A stretch of DNA of 64,000 nt from Lingula anatina (Eukaryota > Animalia > Brachiopoda). The notes beneath the pieces are model-generated. The model had not been told where the DNA came from. It saw nothing but the letters and a program-made list of their open reading frames with translations, and made no database searches. A program made the position numbers and the translations under genes. Shown piece by piece: positions 23,391 through 38,801 of this stretch; positions within the stretch are counted from its first letter, which is position 1, and the number at the start of each line of letters is the position of its first letter. The stretch spans positions 17,258,534-17,322,533 of the forward strand of contig CM120644.1 of assembly GCA_051362555.1 (NCBI GenBank), read 5' to 3'.

Positions 23391-23705
23391 CGTCAGGGCG
23401 CATCCATGACAAGTGCCAGGATGTAAAGTCGACTGCAAGTGAAAGGTTGGAACTGTTGAAGAGAGAATATGTTGATGAATTTCGATAATGTTGATTTGAA
23501 ACAAACCAGATTTATATAAATATTACATTTTTATTTGCTCATGATTAACTTAAAGATCTTTTCTCGATCAAATAAAACATATGAGTAACCAGACACTGTC
23601 CCATTTCGGTCTACGGTCTCAAACACGCGATTATTCACATCAGCTGATGTCGTTCGATGAGAATCAACAAATCACCGGTGGCGATTGAAAAATGTAAACA
23701 AAGAA
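23391..23705. promoter_or_regulatory. Bidirectional promoter and 5' UTR region, ANKZF1 / IDI1
   Basis: The divergent ATGs at 23390 and 23706 are only ~315 bp apart. The region is CpG-containing relative to the introns. Confidence 0.7.
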
Positions 23706-26568
<2,863 letters not shown>

Positions 26569-27790
26569 GAAAACAATTGACATTTATTAAGGTCTTTCAC
26601 ACAATAATTGGGATACTTGGAGCACAAAGGAAGGACAGAAACCGGTGCATTGTCATTTGCGCAGTATCCTTTATCGGAATTGGGTCTATCTAGCCATATT
26701 CAGAGAGAGTGATTTTAGAAAATTTTAATTCATTGGGTGACTCAGGACCAAGAAGTGGTTCAGGCCCGTTACCATTGACCCCCTGAATTAAGAATGTGAG
26801 AAATATGAGAAAATGATTTATTTCATAAATTATAAACATTTCGTGATTTGTGAAATATGCAGAGTCAGCTTTTAGATATTTTTATTCTTACAGTTACATA
26901 GTAACAGAGATTTCTGGAAGGATTTCTGACATATTTGGGGAGCCAAAAATATCATTAGCCCTGGTGGACCCCTGGACCCCACGCCATGTTTTCTGACTTT
27001 TTCACTAAATGACAGTCTCATCCCTATAGAAGGATGACATTTTGTTGTATACTGAATATGCATTTTGCCTTGAATATATACTGACAGTCAATAAAAATGC
27101 ATCATTTATTTATCAAATAATATTTTAAGTTCCTTTAGCACATTAAGAAAATAAGTTTTCGTGTGAAATATGAATTAGTGGTCAGCCCACTCTCTTATAA
27201 CCAAACAAGTGCATTTGTACTTGTTTATATGGTTGGAATCAATTCTTGGTAAAAAAAAGTACAAGAAAGTTTTCTGATGCGTTTTCATTGACTGTCAGCA
27301 TACATATCTCAGCTGTGGTATGAAATATCTCTATAATGATACAACAGCTACCCCCTACCCAGGTCTTCACATTAAGGCCAACTGGACAGGAGAACCAGTA
27401 AAAACCTCTAGAATTTTACCATGACTTTTTAAATAAAATATATAATGTAAATTGCTTTTATACCAATTTTATGATGGTTTGTTATGGATTATGATGAGAA
27501 AAAGGATCCCTCAGAAGATGCTCCTAGCAGAATCTATGTTTTAACATTAAAATGGATTAAGCAAAGCCGTGTGTCCCAAAGAGTCTCAAGACTGGATTAC
27601 TTTGCTTTTTCAGTCTTAGACAAAATTAAAATTACGCCAACTGCCTAATTCTTTTCTCAGAGTAATGACTTACATAAATATGAGACATTTTCTGTAAATC
27701 ACTGCCAAAACCCTTTTACACAGATATTGCATAGTTGCCCGAGTTGAGCTGTTCTGGTTATGCCAAAAACTTCATCATTTTATGTAAAAG

Positions 27791-27939
27791 CAGGGGCAGA
27801 TCTTCCAGAAGATGGTCAGATTTTTAAGTTTACATTGACGGGTATCTAATGTTTTCTGTCAGAAGACGGTCAAAACGGAGGATGGACCAACAAAGATAAT
27901 TTGGAAGACTGTCAGAAAATATCTCTGGATTGGCCCCTG
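27791..27939. mobile_element. CAGGGG-ended MITE (hAT-like) with apparent 6-bp TSD
   Basis: CAGGGGCAGATC...GGATTGGCCCCTG flanked by TAAAAG on both sides. A second copy is inverted at ~43960-44124. Confidence 0.7.
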
Positions 27940-28577
27940 TAAAAGGACTCGGGTCTTGATTGCATCAAACAATATGTGTTGCATATACCTTTATTAACTG
28001 ATTAAATCATGTTTGAAAATAAAGTATAACTATAACAAAATACAAAATTATACAGTTATATGTAAACAATTAGACAATGGAATGTTATGAATATTTATTT
28101 GCACTTCATTTAGAATTTATTTGAGCATTTTACCACATCCTAAGAATTCCCCTGCCCTTTTGGTACACAGAAAAAGCCACCTCCATTATAATGTAACATA
28201 ACCATTATGATGTGATATATCTCTGATAGCATTTAACATTAATCACCTATAATTCAATATTGATCAATAATCATGGCAGCTTCCCATACCTCCATATGAA
28301 ATTCCACAAAATAATAATTATGTCACTGAATGCCTTTCAAAGTTATATCACTATAAATTAATCATACGATTTTAGATGGCACTGAAGAAAATTCCTTTCT
28401 ACAAGACCCCAAATGAAAGTCAATCTAAAAATAAATTACCATTACTACAGTGTTAATGTCTTTCCCCCAAAAAAATCTTTGGAGGAACTGTGATTTGATT
28501 TTTTTGTTTACTGGACAGCAAGCTCTCCAGTAAACAAAGGAATTTAACATCTAGTCATCTAGCTGCAAAAAGGCCTA

Positions 28578-28784
28578 GGGCACATTCACAACCAAGTTGA
28601 TCCGTGGTCTAACTAGTCTACTGATCAAATATGGCGCAACCCACTTAAAAGCATGGCAGGATTTAATTGCCCAGCCCCTGCTGGGACGCCACGCATGGGA
28701 GGCTGGAATCCATTGTCAAGTGCACGCCATATTTGATCCACAGACTAGTTAGTCAGTGGATCAACTTGGTTGTGAATGTGGCCC
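28578..28784. mobile_element. Fold-back MITE in the aldo-keto reductase distal 3' UTR
   Basis: Arms GGGCACATTCACAACCAAGTTGATCC..AACTAGTC..GATCAAATATGGCG and CGCCATATTTGATC..GACTAGTT..GGATCAACTTGGTTGTGAATGTGGCCC, with TA on both sides. Confidence 0.85.
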
Positions 28785-28807
28785 TAGTCTACTGCTAAGT
28801 AGGTGTG

Positions 28808-31800
28808 TCACCCCAGGTTGGGCAAGGTGTCTTTTCCCAGGTTTTTGGCATCTTGTATGGCTTTCCAGTAGAGTTTCTCTTCCACCCCCTCCCAATGTTT
28901 GGAGCCTATGGTATTCATGTATCTACAAAAGATAAATAAAAAATTCCTTCAAATATTAATTTATTAAATTCAAATAATAAATGGATAAAATTATAATAAT
29001 GAGAAGGAGAGTAGAGCAGTGATGAACAGTGAAGTTTTCCAAATGTGAAACAATCCAATTACGTTAACTTCAATGTGTAAAATATTTCAACTTACATAAG
29101 TGATACTTATTTTAAAACTGTTTTCAAGGAATTAAATATCCATTTCCTTGCTGTTTTTCACATTATCTGTAAATGTTGTGGTTCAAAATTTTGATATGGC
29201 AAAAATATCTAACTTCTAGTGTGCGCTTCCCTAAAAGATTGTTTTCTAAGAAAGAGTCAAGATACAGTAATAAATAGATAGAAAATGAATTTTTTTACCT
29301 GGTACAAGATATGTTGTAGCTATTTCATTTCTGTTTTGTTTTGTGGAGGGAGGGGTCCTTGTGTAATTTAATTATCATTATTATTAAGTCCTTTCAAACA
29401 GACTTTTGAATATTTGATTTATTTGGTCAAAGTTAGCTTTGTTGTGTTACCTTCCAGTGATTAGGGACCAAAAAGGTAAATGATATATTTACAGTGACAG
29501 AAGAACGTTCACAAAAAGTGAAGTTACATGTTATTATACTCAAATGTTTCTTACTGACCAGAAGCTTTCTGAATTTTCTTCCAGTACTTAGCCACCTCAA
29601 CACCTTCCCAGTGTTTATTATTCAAAGGTTTCATAAACCTGAAATTAAATTAGTACCAGTTACTGTACTAGCTTACAGTATAAGCAAGGGGAGGGGGGTT
29701 GGGCACATTCACACCCTGAACTAACTGAAGACAATACTGACTAAATTACATCATCAGTCAACCAGTCTGCTTTTTACGTGAATCTGAGGTTTGAGGAATG
29801 TTTGATATCTGTCTTGTTTGTCCCTATGTTATCTGGTTGACAGGTGGCATAAGTTAGTCTTGATGTGAACACACCTCCACTGAGATGGAATGTTTCACAA
29901 AATAAATGAGTATATAAAATAATAAAAATATAATAAAATATATATAAAAATAAAAGACATTTAAAAAAACAATGAAATTTAACTCAGAATTATAAGGTTT
30001 TCTGGGAGATTCAAAAAGCCCTAAAAGTGGTCCAAACTTTCGGACCAAAAAAAAAATGAAGTCAAGACTTAATTACCAAGGTAACATGGCCACAAGGGCA
30101 CATCTTACCCTATCAGAAGCAGTGTAACATCACTCTCAAAGAAATCATGGTCAACTAACCCAGGGAACTGACTTAAGTTTTTTCTTTTCATTTTTTTTTT
30201 TTTTTTTGTGAAACTGGGGCCAGGGCAGTAAACTTAAAGCCTCTCCTACCTCTCCATAACCTCCTCCATGACTTTCCTCTCCCCATCTGTCACTCCATTC
30301 CAGTATACTTCAAGGTTCTTCTGAAGGTTAACCAAACTAAAGGAAAAACACAAATTGGAGTTAATGATAATAATTAATTATTGTTTACATACACATCAAT
30401 TAATAAATTGAGTATAGTCAAAATACAGCAATTATATACAATGCAATGACCATGCACCCAATAATGACAAATATACAAAACATCACGTAACAATATATAC
30501 AATTTAATAAGAATGTGGTTTAGCCATCCAACTTGTATACCAGTTTGGGCCATGAACATTCTTGTCCACTGGTCAGTTAGACAACTGTGGGTCTCAGATA
30601 AATATATATTAGTAAACAACAAAATTAACTAGCCAAATATGTTTTCTTAAGACTCGACTATGAAGTAAAACAGCTGCTTAAATTTGCTTATATAAGCTTG
30701 TATCATAGTAGACAAGTTACATTGTAAACTGGATGTCCGATAATATTTCAGTAAGACATGTATATACAGAAACTAACCTGGCAGTGCTGAACATGGTAGA
30801 GTGGGGTTCTGGCTGTTCTAAAGCAAACTGCATGGCAAGTTTAGAAATGTCCACATTTTGTTCCTGGAATATTAAAAAAATACTACCATGAAGAACAAAC
30901 AAGCAATTTAAATTTATTTCAATCATACTTAGGTCTTTGTCTAATATTATTATAATAAGTGGCACTGTGCCCAATGAAGGCTTGCACAACAGAAGAAACT
31001 AAGACCTGTAGTCACATATTTGGCAGTGAAACATATTGTCCCTTTGCTAGCTTTCAGGGTCTCATACAGCAGCTGGGTGTATCCTCCTCAGGGGGACAAG
31101 AACATCTATGATTAATCTGTGTCAGGATCAAATATTTCCATACATCTAATGTAAACTGCACTGAGGTCTCATTCCCATAATTATACGCCATGGCCATCAG
31201 TCTACATAGATCAATCCAACTCTGCAGATACTCTGAGTGCAAACAGCTTAAAGGTACATACGAACCGAGCATCGGTGGAGCGTGGATTCCCATTAACACA
31301 TGTAAACCACTTCTACTAGTTTCTTATACGACTCAAATAAATTCACCATGTCAAGGGATAAACTGAATAGATCACTCGATCAGCCATAAAAGAGCTTGAG
31401 ATTGCTCCTTTCTTTAAATTTTTGGTTGTAAATTTAACCTACTTCCCTGACCTACTTTTCTGCCCCATTGACATACAGCATAGAATGCTAGCAGCAAAAT
31501 CCATTCAAACATCATTTTGCGGTAAAATTAAACAATGCCTTTTGGTAATTCTCTTAGTTATACTACTTGAAACTATATGCTGGCATTTGGCTTGTTTTTG
31601 TGACAAAAAATTGACTTTGTATGCATCTTTAACTGAATGACATGCCTCCTCTTGTTTCCAACTTATTCACATACTAGTAATCACCAGCTCTTAAGTACAG
31701 TATTCTACTCAATGCCAGGAGAAGGTGTGTCAAGGAGACAGGAAAAAGAGGAATGCACTCAGCAAGAGTCCCCTAAGAGTGCATTCAGAGCAGCTGACTA

Positions 31801-34800
31801 ACAGATACGTGGAACGACAAAGGCAACCAACTAAAAAGCTTGCTGATTAATTATCAATAAGACACTGAATAGATTCAAAACAAGCATTTGGGTCAGCCAT
31901 ATTTGATCCGAGGATTTGTTAATTACGAATGAGCTCATAGAGTTGGATTGATCTACATACGCTGATGATGTCTCTGGGAAAGAGTCCAGAGTCACATGTA
32001 AAGAGCTGAACTTGACTTTTTTTTCACCCGTAACAAAAACCCTTACCTGACAATACCTCGCAGCTTCTGCACATTTCTCCCGTATCTCCTGTGTGGCTGG
32101 GTGCCAGTCTGCTGGACCTCTGTGAGTTAACAGACCCATGCCTATTGGGGAGCCATTGAGTATACCAACACCATGCTCCTAATAACAGAAACACAATGTC
32201 AAACTACTGAAAAAGGATGTTTTTATGTCTAAAAATAGTAATAATTGGTCAATTAGGATTTAAATATTTGAGGTACAGACATTTTGACTAAAAATGGAAT
32301 TTTTTTCAATGTTTTATCAAGGTTTAACTTAAAAAGATAAGCAGAAAGGTAAAAAAATTCATTGAGAAATAAAATACATTTACTTTGGGAAGTTAAATGA
32401 GAGTACATTTGTGGCCCTTGCACTCATTTTTTCTTGGAACCATCTCCGTTAGTCATCATAAACTAAATACACATGCATGTGCTAACCTTCAGATAAGGAT
32501 AGTACTCCCTGAGACTAGTGTCATTCATGGCACACCTGCAGTAAGTGAGAATGGTGTCTATCTTCACTGTACTTCTCTCCAGAACTGTTCTGCAATACGG
32601 GATACAAATTTAGTATCTGAGGTATTACATATTGCTCCACATATATACAGCAAATTAAAATGAATATCTAGCACAGAACACACATACTAGTATCCACCCC
32701 AAACCACATCCATATTGTCCCACAAGCTACCGGGGTAGGATCCTATACTTCTATCTGGGTCACAGACTGATTTTCACTAAATATTCACAAAATTTAATAC
32801 ATATCTGGCTTATCCAAGACACAAATTTCCTGTCAAAAATTGCACAAATAGAGGGTATACCAGTATGATCCCTACCTGAAGTTTTCCAGTGGATAACCTG
32901 TGATTCCAATATGCCTGACTTTACCCATGTCTTTGCACTTCTGGAGAGCTGGCAGTGTCTCGTTGATGATGACGTCAAGACTGGGGGCAAACTCCATGTC
33001 ATGTACCTATAGCAAACACGATACAGATACATGTACAGTCACGCGATGTTGAGCAGAGCATGTGTCATTGCTTATATTCTGATCAATTTTCAGGCCTTAA
33101 AAACGGATTAGGCTTTTACCAACACTACCCACAGATCTTTTAGCACTAACACCCATATTAACTACATACCCCAGAAATTAACCAGCACTACCGGAGCAGA
33201 TGGATGTTAGTGCTAGGCATCACTTTGATGGTGCTAAATAATTGTATGACATTGTTGAATAATTTGTGGTTTTATTAAAATACATATACCCTCTACCTGG
33301 GCCAGATGGAATTTTTCATGAGATATTCAGAGATATGTCTTTAGATAAACAGTCAGTCAATTGGTTCTCTGAGACCCTGTGGTGAAATCTCAAGGATAGT
33401 TACATGGCTGGTAATTGTTTGCATAATTAACCTGCTAGGTACTATTATCTTTATGTGAATATGACTAGAGTTCACAAGCATTTTAATGTGAACAATACTA
33501 CATATACCTGTATTACATCTATATATTCCAGCCCCAGTCTTTGTAAGCTTTCATCCACGCTTCTCATGGTTCTCTCAGCAGAGAAATCAAACATCTTGGT
33601 GGCCTCTGGGAGATAGCGTCCTACCTTGGTGGCCACGTAGTAGGCCTGGCGTGGAATGGACTTCAGAGCCTGAATGTATAATATAATATGTTCTTGCGGG
33701 AAAATGTGATTCTGTATTTTTTTTATTGTATTTTAGTTTCTTAGGGATCATTCCCACTGAAACTATCTATCTACGTAGATCGATCCAACTCTGTGGGCAC
33801 TCTCACTGAATGCAATCAGATTAACACGCCCCTTTCTGTTTCCAGTGTACTCATATAGTCACCAGCTTTTCTGTAATTTTGCTCAATGCCAGAGGGAGAC
33901 ATGTTAACCTGTTAAACTGATTGCATTCAGTAAGAGTCCCTGTGGAATTAGTTTGATTGACTGATAGTTTCTTTAGGAAGGTAATAACTAATTTAAGCAA
34001 ATCACCTCAGAAGGAGTAGGTGTTTGGAAGACTCTGGCTAAGTGCAATCAGCTGAAATAAATGACATGCCTCCTCCTGTTTCCAGCCTAGCCATATTCAT
34101 ATAATCACCAGCTCTTCTGTATGCTACTTAATGCCAGAAGGTGGCGTGTCATTCACTTAAGCTGATTGCACTCAGCAAGAGTCCCTGCAGAGTTGGGTCA
34201 ATCCACCTAGACCAATGGTGTCTATGGAAATGGGGCCTTTGACTTTTTGTGGTTTAAGTTAGACCAGTTGTGAACACGACATTTATCCTCACCTGTCCCA
34301 GTACAGTCTCAGCTTTCCCGTGTCCGTACCATGGGGCACAGTCCAAATAATTGATTCCCGACTTCAGGGCTACTTTCAGCACCTCATGGCTCTCTTTGTC
34401 ATCTGTCTGACGGAAAACACTACCAAATGCGGAAGTGCCTACAAAGAAGAAAATATACATAATAGTAATTACTATACCTAACATTGTTCAATTGCCAATT
34501 ATTTAAGATGCTTAACTTTTGTTTTCAGCATGCATGTGAAAGCTACTACCTAAATCTGTTAAAATGAACAAAATGACAAAAAAAAAAAAAAAATAAATAA
34601 ATAAAATAAAAAAATTAAGAAAGTTATAAACATTCAAATGGGTCTGCATAGCCACCATATATAATTTGGTTAAGCATATACTAGTATACAGTCTGATTTT
34701 GTAGTTATTGAAAAGTTTGGAAGATGTGCATGTTTCAAATCAAGTTATAATTAGACAAAAGATCAAAGTGAATATAAATAAACAGTAAATAAATAAATAA

Positions 34801-34962
34801 ATACATTAAGGCAAACTTAATGAGAGCTAATTAGCTTCCTCAATTTATACCTAAGCTGAGCCGTGACACATGCATGTCAGTACTTCCCAGCTGTACATAC
34901 TGCATCTTCTTCACCAAATCCACATCATGGAAGCCCTCTACATAGGTCACTGGCAAGCTCAT
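28808..34962 (-). CDS. Aldo-keto reductase, L-galactose/D-arabinose dehydrogenase-like (isoform using the distal last exon)
   Basis: Exons 34962-34851, 34438-34293, 33669-33508, 33006-32876, 32589-32487, 32178-32047, 30863-30778, 30336-30250, 28922-28808. Motifs: LGSTDMHVSRLSLG, GINYLDCAPWYGHGKAE (catalytic Asp/Tyr), VATKVGRY (Lys), LQRLGLEYIDVIQVHDMEF (His), IGITGYP, MGLLT..GP..WHPA. The non-coding first exon has its donor next to 35203. Confidence 0.92.
29551..29638 (-). CDS. Proximal alternative last exon of the aldo-keto reductase
   Basis: Acceptor TTTCAG|G, phase 2. Encodes FMKPLNNKHWEGVEVAKYWKKIQKASGQ*, paralogous to the distal exon YMNTIGSKHWEGVEEKLYWKAIQDAK. A minus-strand AATAAA lies at 29418-29423. 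Confidence 0.85.
33745..34238. mobile_element. Two adjacent copies of a dispersed fold-back MITE family
   Basis: Arms ..GATCGATCCAACTC..ACTCT..CTGAATGCAATCAG and CTGATTGCA(C/T)TCAG(C/T)AAGAGTCCC. Related fragments lie at ~31640-31800, 37845-38030, 51720-51880 and 55290-55405. Confidence 0.7.
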
Positions 34963-35202
34963 CTTCTCTTACTACTGCTGCATGGATTAACTAGTACACA
35001 CACTATGCTGTGGCCTGCAAAATAAATAAGGGTGATTTAATATTTACAGAACAGGCTGCAAGCACTTTCCAAGGACATATCTTGCAGTTCCATTGATTCC
35101 TTGCATTGTGTACGTGTGGCATTGTGTGCAAATGTCATTATCACATAAATTCTGTTGTAAGTTACTTATATATATATATTTCTTTTCTTTGCGCATCCTT
35201 AC

Positions 35203-35595
35203 CTTCAATGGGACAGCATCCACTATAGCCGGTGGAGATAAAGCCGGAGGCACGTTGAATAATCGTGTTTAATCTTTGAAAATTTAGGTCAGGATTTATA
35301 CGTACCTCTTCACGTGAACAGGGACGAGCATTGTTGTAGTTGGGATCAAGTGTCAAACGAGGGTATCAGGAAGTAACAGCACAACAGCGATGATTGCGGT
35401 AGTTGTGACTGAAATCGAAATGTAAGTGTGGTAGTTGCGCTTCGAGTGCTCGGCTGTAGTGATTTTCTGCTGAACTGTCGTCATATAACGGCGTGGTTGG
35501 AGCATCGCCTAACAAACAGTGAAGTTATAGGGGGAAAGAAGCTTATATATACTTTATATTGATAGAGATAGTTAATCGAGAATTCGGAAGGAAAA
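35203..35595. promoter_or_regulatory. Bidirectional promoter and 5' UTR region, aldo-keto reductase / TOMM22
   Basis: A minus-strand first-exon donor at 35202 lies ~390 bp from the plus-strand ATG at 35596. The region is CpG-rich and contains an E-box TCACGTGA (35310) and an ETS-like CAGGAAGT (35368). Confidence 0.65.
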
Positions 35596-36108
35596 ATGCC
35601 GACAATAAAAGAAGAAGACGCAGACAGTGGGCTAGATCTTACAGGCAGTGCACCGAATGTCGGCTCCCAAGAATCGGAACCAAAGAAAGATGACGACACG
35701 GTTACTAAAAGCCCCGAGAAAAAGACTCTTGCTAGACCTCAGGATGTCGAAGCAGACGATGACGACGAGGAATTAGATGAGACTTTGACAGAAAGACTAA
35801 TCGGTCTGACTGAAATGTTTCCAGAAAGTGTGCGTAATGGAGTTGGATGGATTCTGGAGAATTCCTGGGACGGAGTTAAGTCCGCGTACGGATTCAGCAG
35901 AAAAGCTTTGTGGATCGGCATGGTGACTGTTCTGATAACTGTCGTACCAGCGCAGTTAGAGTTGGAAAGGATGAACATGGCGAATCAACAAAAGCAGCAG
36001 GAGCGACAGATGTTGCTGGGCCCCCACGCCGCCTTTTCAAGCAGCAATGTCCCTCAAAATGCGATGCCAATGATGGCAATGCCTGGCGGACCTCCTCCGC
36101 CTCAGTGA
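35596..36108 (+). CDS. TOMM22: Mitochondrial import receptor subunit TOM22, intronless CDS
   Basis: Acidic N-terminus, DEELDETLTERLIGLTEMFPESVR motif, transmembrane segment ALWIGMVTVLITVVP, and Q-rich tail QERQMLLGP. Confidence 0.95.
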   Translation: MPTIKEEDADSGLDLTGSAPNVGSQESEPKKDDDTVTKSPEKKTLARPQDVEADDDDEELDETLTERLIGLTEMFPESVRNGVGWILENSWDGVKSAYGFSRKALWIGMVTVLITVVPAQLELERMNMANQQKQQERQMLLGPHAAFSSSNVPQNAMPMMAMPGGPPPPQ

Positions 36109-38537
36109 ACAAATATTTCACATTCAGAAGATGTAGTAACAAATACAGTTTAGACAGAAAAAACATTTGCACCTATTTAATATTTTGATTATTGATGATT
36201 TGACCAGCAAGTGTTGTTTGAAATGAGTTTCCTTACTTTCCTTCAGCACTTCTCTTAGTTAGGACAGTATTTCTTTGGCAAAAATATCCAAGAAAAAGAT
36301 GTTGTATACATGGTAAACTTTCAGTTGTGTCATGGACATCAGTTCAGAGACAGGAGACTAAAGATGGAGAACAACAGTCATTTCACAATTGTTTGAATTG
36401 TCAGTGACACAACAAGTATTCAAGATTGAAACACCAGGCCTCAAGTTTCTGTAATTATGTCAGACTGTCATTTCGAGAAAGCTTTGCTCTTCAATATCAC
36501 CATTTCATGAGAGTGAATTTTGCCATTAGTTTCGGGAGACAAGTCACTAAGATACTTTTGACAGTCATGTTAAAAATGTCCAGTTTAACTCAACTCTAAT
36601 TCGGCCCGGATGGAAGATATTCAGATGGATTCACCTATATTTTTGGACCACGTTTTTTGCAGTTTTCTGGTAGTAGGAACTTGTTCCAAAGCATATGTTC
36701 ATAATTTTTGGAAATCCATTTGTTCTTTTTCTTTTTCCAAATTTCTCTAGATTAATTGAAAAGGGTATCTTAATAAAATCTTTAAAAATTGATTTTTTAG
36801 TTTTATCATTATTTGCAGTAAGAAGGCAATTCCAGCATCATTACTTGACTTTATGAATTTTATGTAGACTTATAATGTTTGGATGCAAAACTCCTTATTT
36901 TTTAAGAACATTAAAATTAAAAATCATGGGAAAACAATTAACAAGAAGCACCATATGTTTATTGCACATTAAGCAAACCAGATGTAAGTTACAAAAATAA
37001 AGCTGACTGCATAACAAGATATTGACAAAAGGACAGATTAACGAAAGTCTTTGATTGTCGAGCAATTCAAATAGAACTTCACATGTCACTGATAATCATG
37101 CTTTCGGTCCTCAAGCACCCCGATTTAAAAAATTTGCTAGACAATGACCTCTGCTACCAGTATTCTAATAGCAATAAAAAGGTGTGGTTTTGTGTAAATG
37201 CATCTTGTAACACTGACTACATCGGTTAAACCGTAAGAACATTTTTCCAACCAGAATCTATTTCACTAAGTACGTGTAATTAGACATTGTGACCTAATAC
37301 TTTGTGTTATATCAGTAAATGCATGACAAGTTTACCATTCATTATGATAATAATATTCAGGCACTGGCTCATTTCATAAGGAAAATATTACATAGTCCTT
37401 GCTTAAAAGAAATTCATATAACAAACAATGACACATATATTTACTTTAAAAAATAAATTTTTTTAAAAAGTACGAAGCATTCAATAAAATATACAATAAC
37501 TTACTCGACTAGTTGTACATCATCTTACATTCGTTACATGCAATTCAAATACAAATGCACTGCACATATTGTATGTAACTATTCTACTGGATATTTTAAA
37601 TATTTCTACTTTCATAATTCCTATGATTGTCCTGCATGCCCCGAGTATCAGAGTCTATTAGACACCAGAATTTCATATCAGCATATCTTAGTGTTGCCAG
37701 CAGTATTCGGATTCTCGGGGTATTCACTGCTCTAAGTAGAGGAACTACCAGGATGTTGGATGAATATTGGCCTCTTACTATGACCATAGGTTGGTTAAGT
37801 GTAAAACTCATTTTCAATATGCAACTATCGTTCCATGTACATTGCTCCAACTGACTGGGGACTCTTGCTGAATGCAATCAGATTACCAGATCAACACGCC
37901 TCATCATCTGCTTTTCTGTATTCTACTCAATGCCAGGAGGATGGGCGTTTATCTCTTAGCTTGACTGCATTCAGCATGAGTCCCCATCGGATCGATCTAG
38001 GCAGAACAGGTTTTATTGGGAATGAGACCCTAAGCATATGTCCCTACCACCCCTACCACCCCAACCCCATTCCTACACTCTTCATGCTTCAAATTGTTTA
38101 TATAATACTACCATGCAAGACGTGTAAATTAATGGACCCTAGAAAATCTAATTTATACCTTTAATTCAAAGATCCTGGGTGTTGACCTTTTAGTTTTCAC
38201 ATGCAAAAAATTTTGTGGTTCTTTGGTTTTGAACTCTCTGACTTAAATACTGTATACATGTAAGTAATTGCACAATTTATTTACAGAGAAAGCATTACCT
38301 GTTTCTCCTCCTCTGACCCCACCCATTCAACATTATTGCAATGCTCCTCTTTTAACCCACCCCTACCCCACCCCCTACTCAACCAAATATTTGACATTAG
38401 CACGTTGAGTTTTCAAATTTAATACATGTACATTTATAGGCTGCAAAAGACTTAAGTATACAGTGTAGTATCACACTTTGCATGGCCATGCATGAAAGAC
38501 TATCACATCAAAGTGACAGTACATGAGCTTTATTCTT

Positions 38538-38801
38538 AGACCCAATATTCCCATAACTAGATTGATCTAGTGGGAACAGTCCATCTCTGAGGGGATTCTC
38601 GCTAGATTGCACTCATCTTAAGCAGCTCTGATGTCTGGCACTCCTACTGAAGCTGTTCAAGGGTAATTAAATATCTTTTAGCAGCTGCAGTAGGCATGCC
38701 ATGCAGACTGCTAAGCCACTTTAGCTAAGTGCAATTTAGCAAGAATTTCTTCGGAGATGGACCGATCCTGCTAGATCGATCTAGGTATGAGAATGGGGTC
38801 T
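38538..38801. mobile_element. Fold-back MITE downstream of the secernin stop codon
   Basis: Arms AGACCCAATATTCCCATAACTAGATTGATCTAG..CCATCTC and GAGATGG..CTAGATCGATCTAGGTATGAGAATGGGGTCT. Confidence 0.75.
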
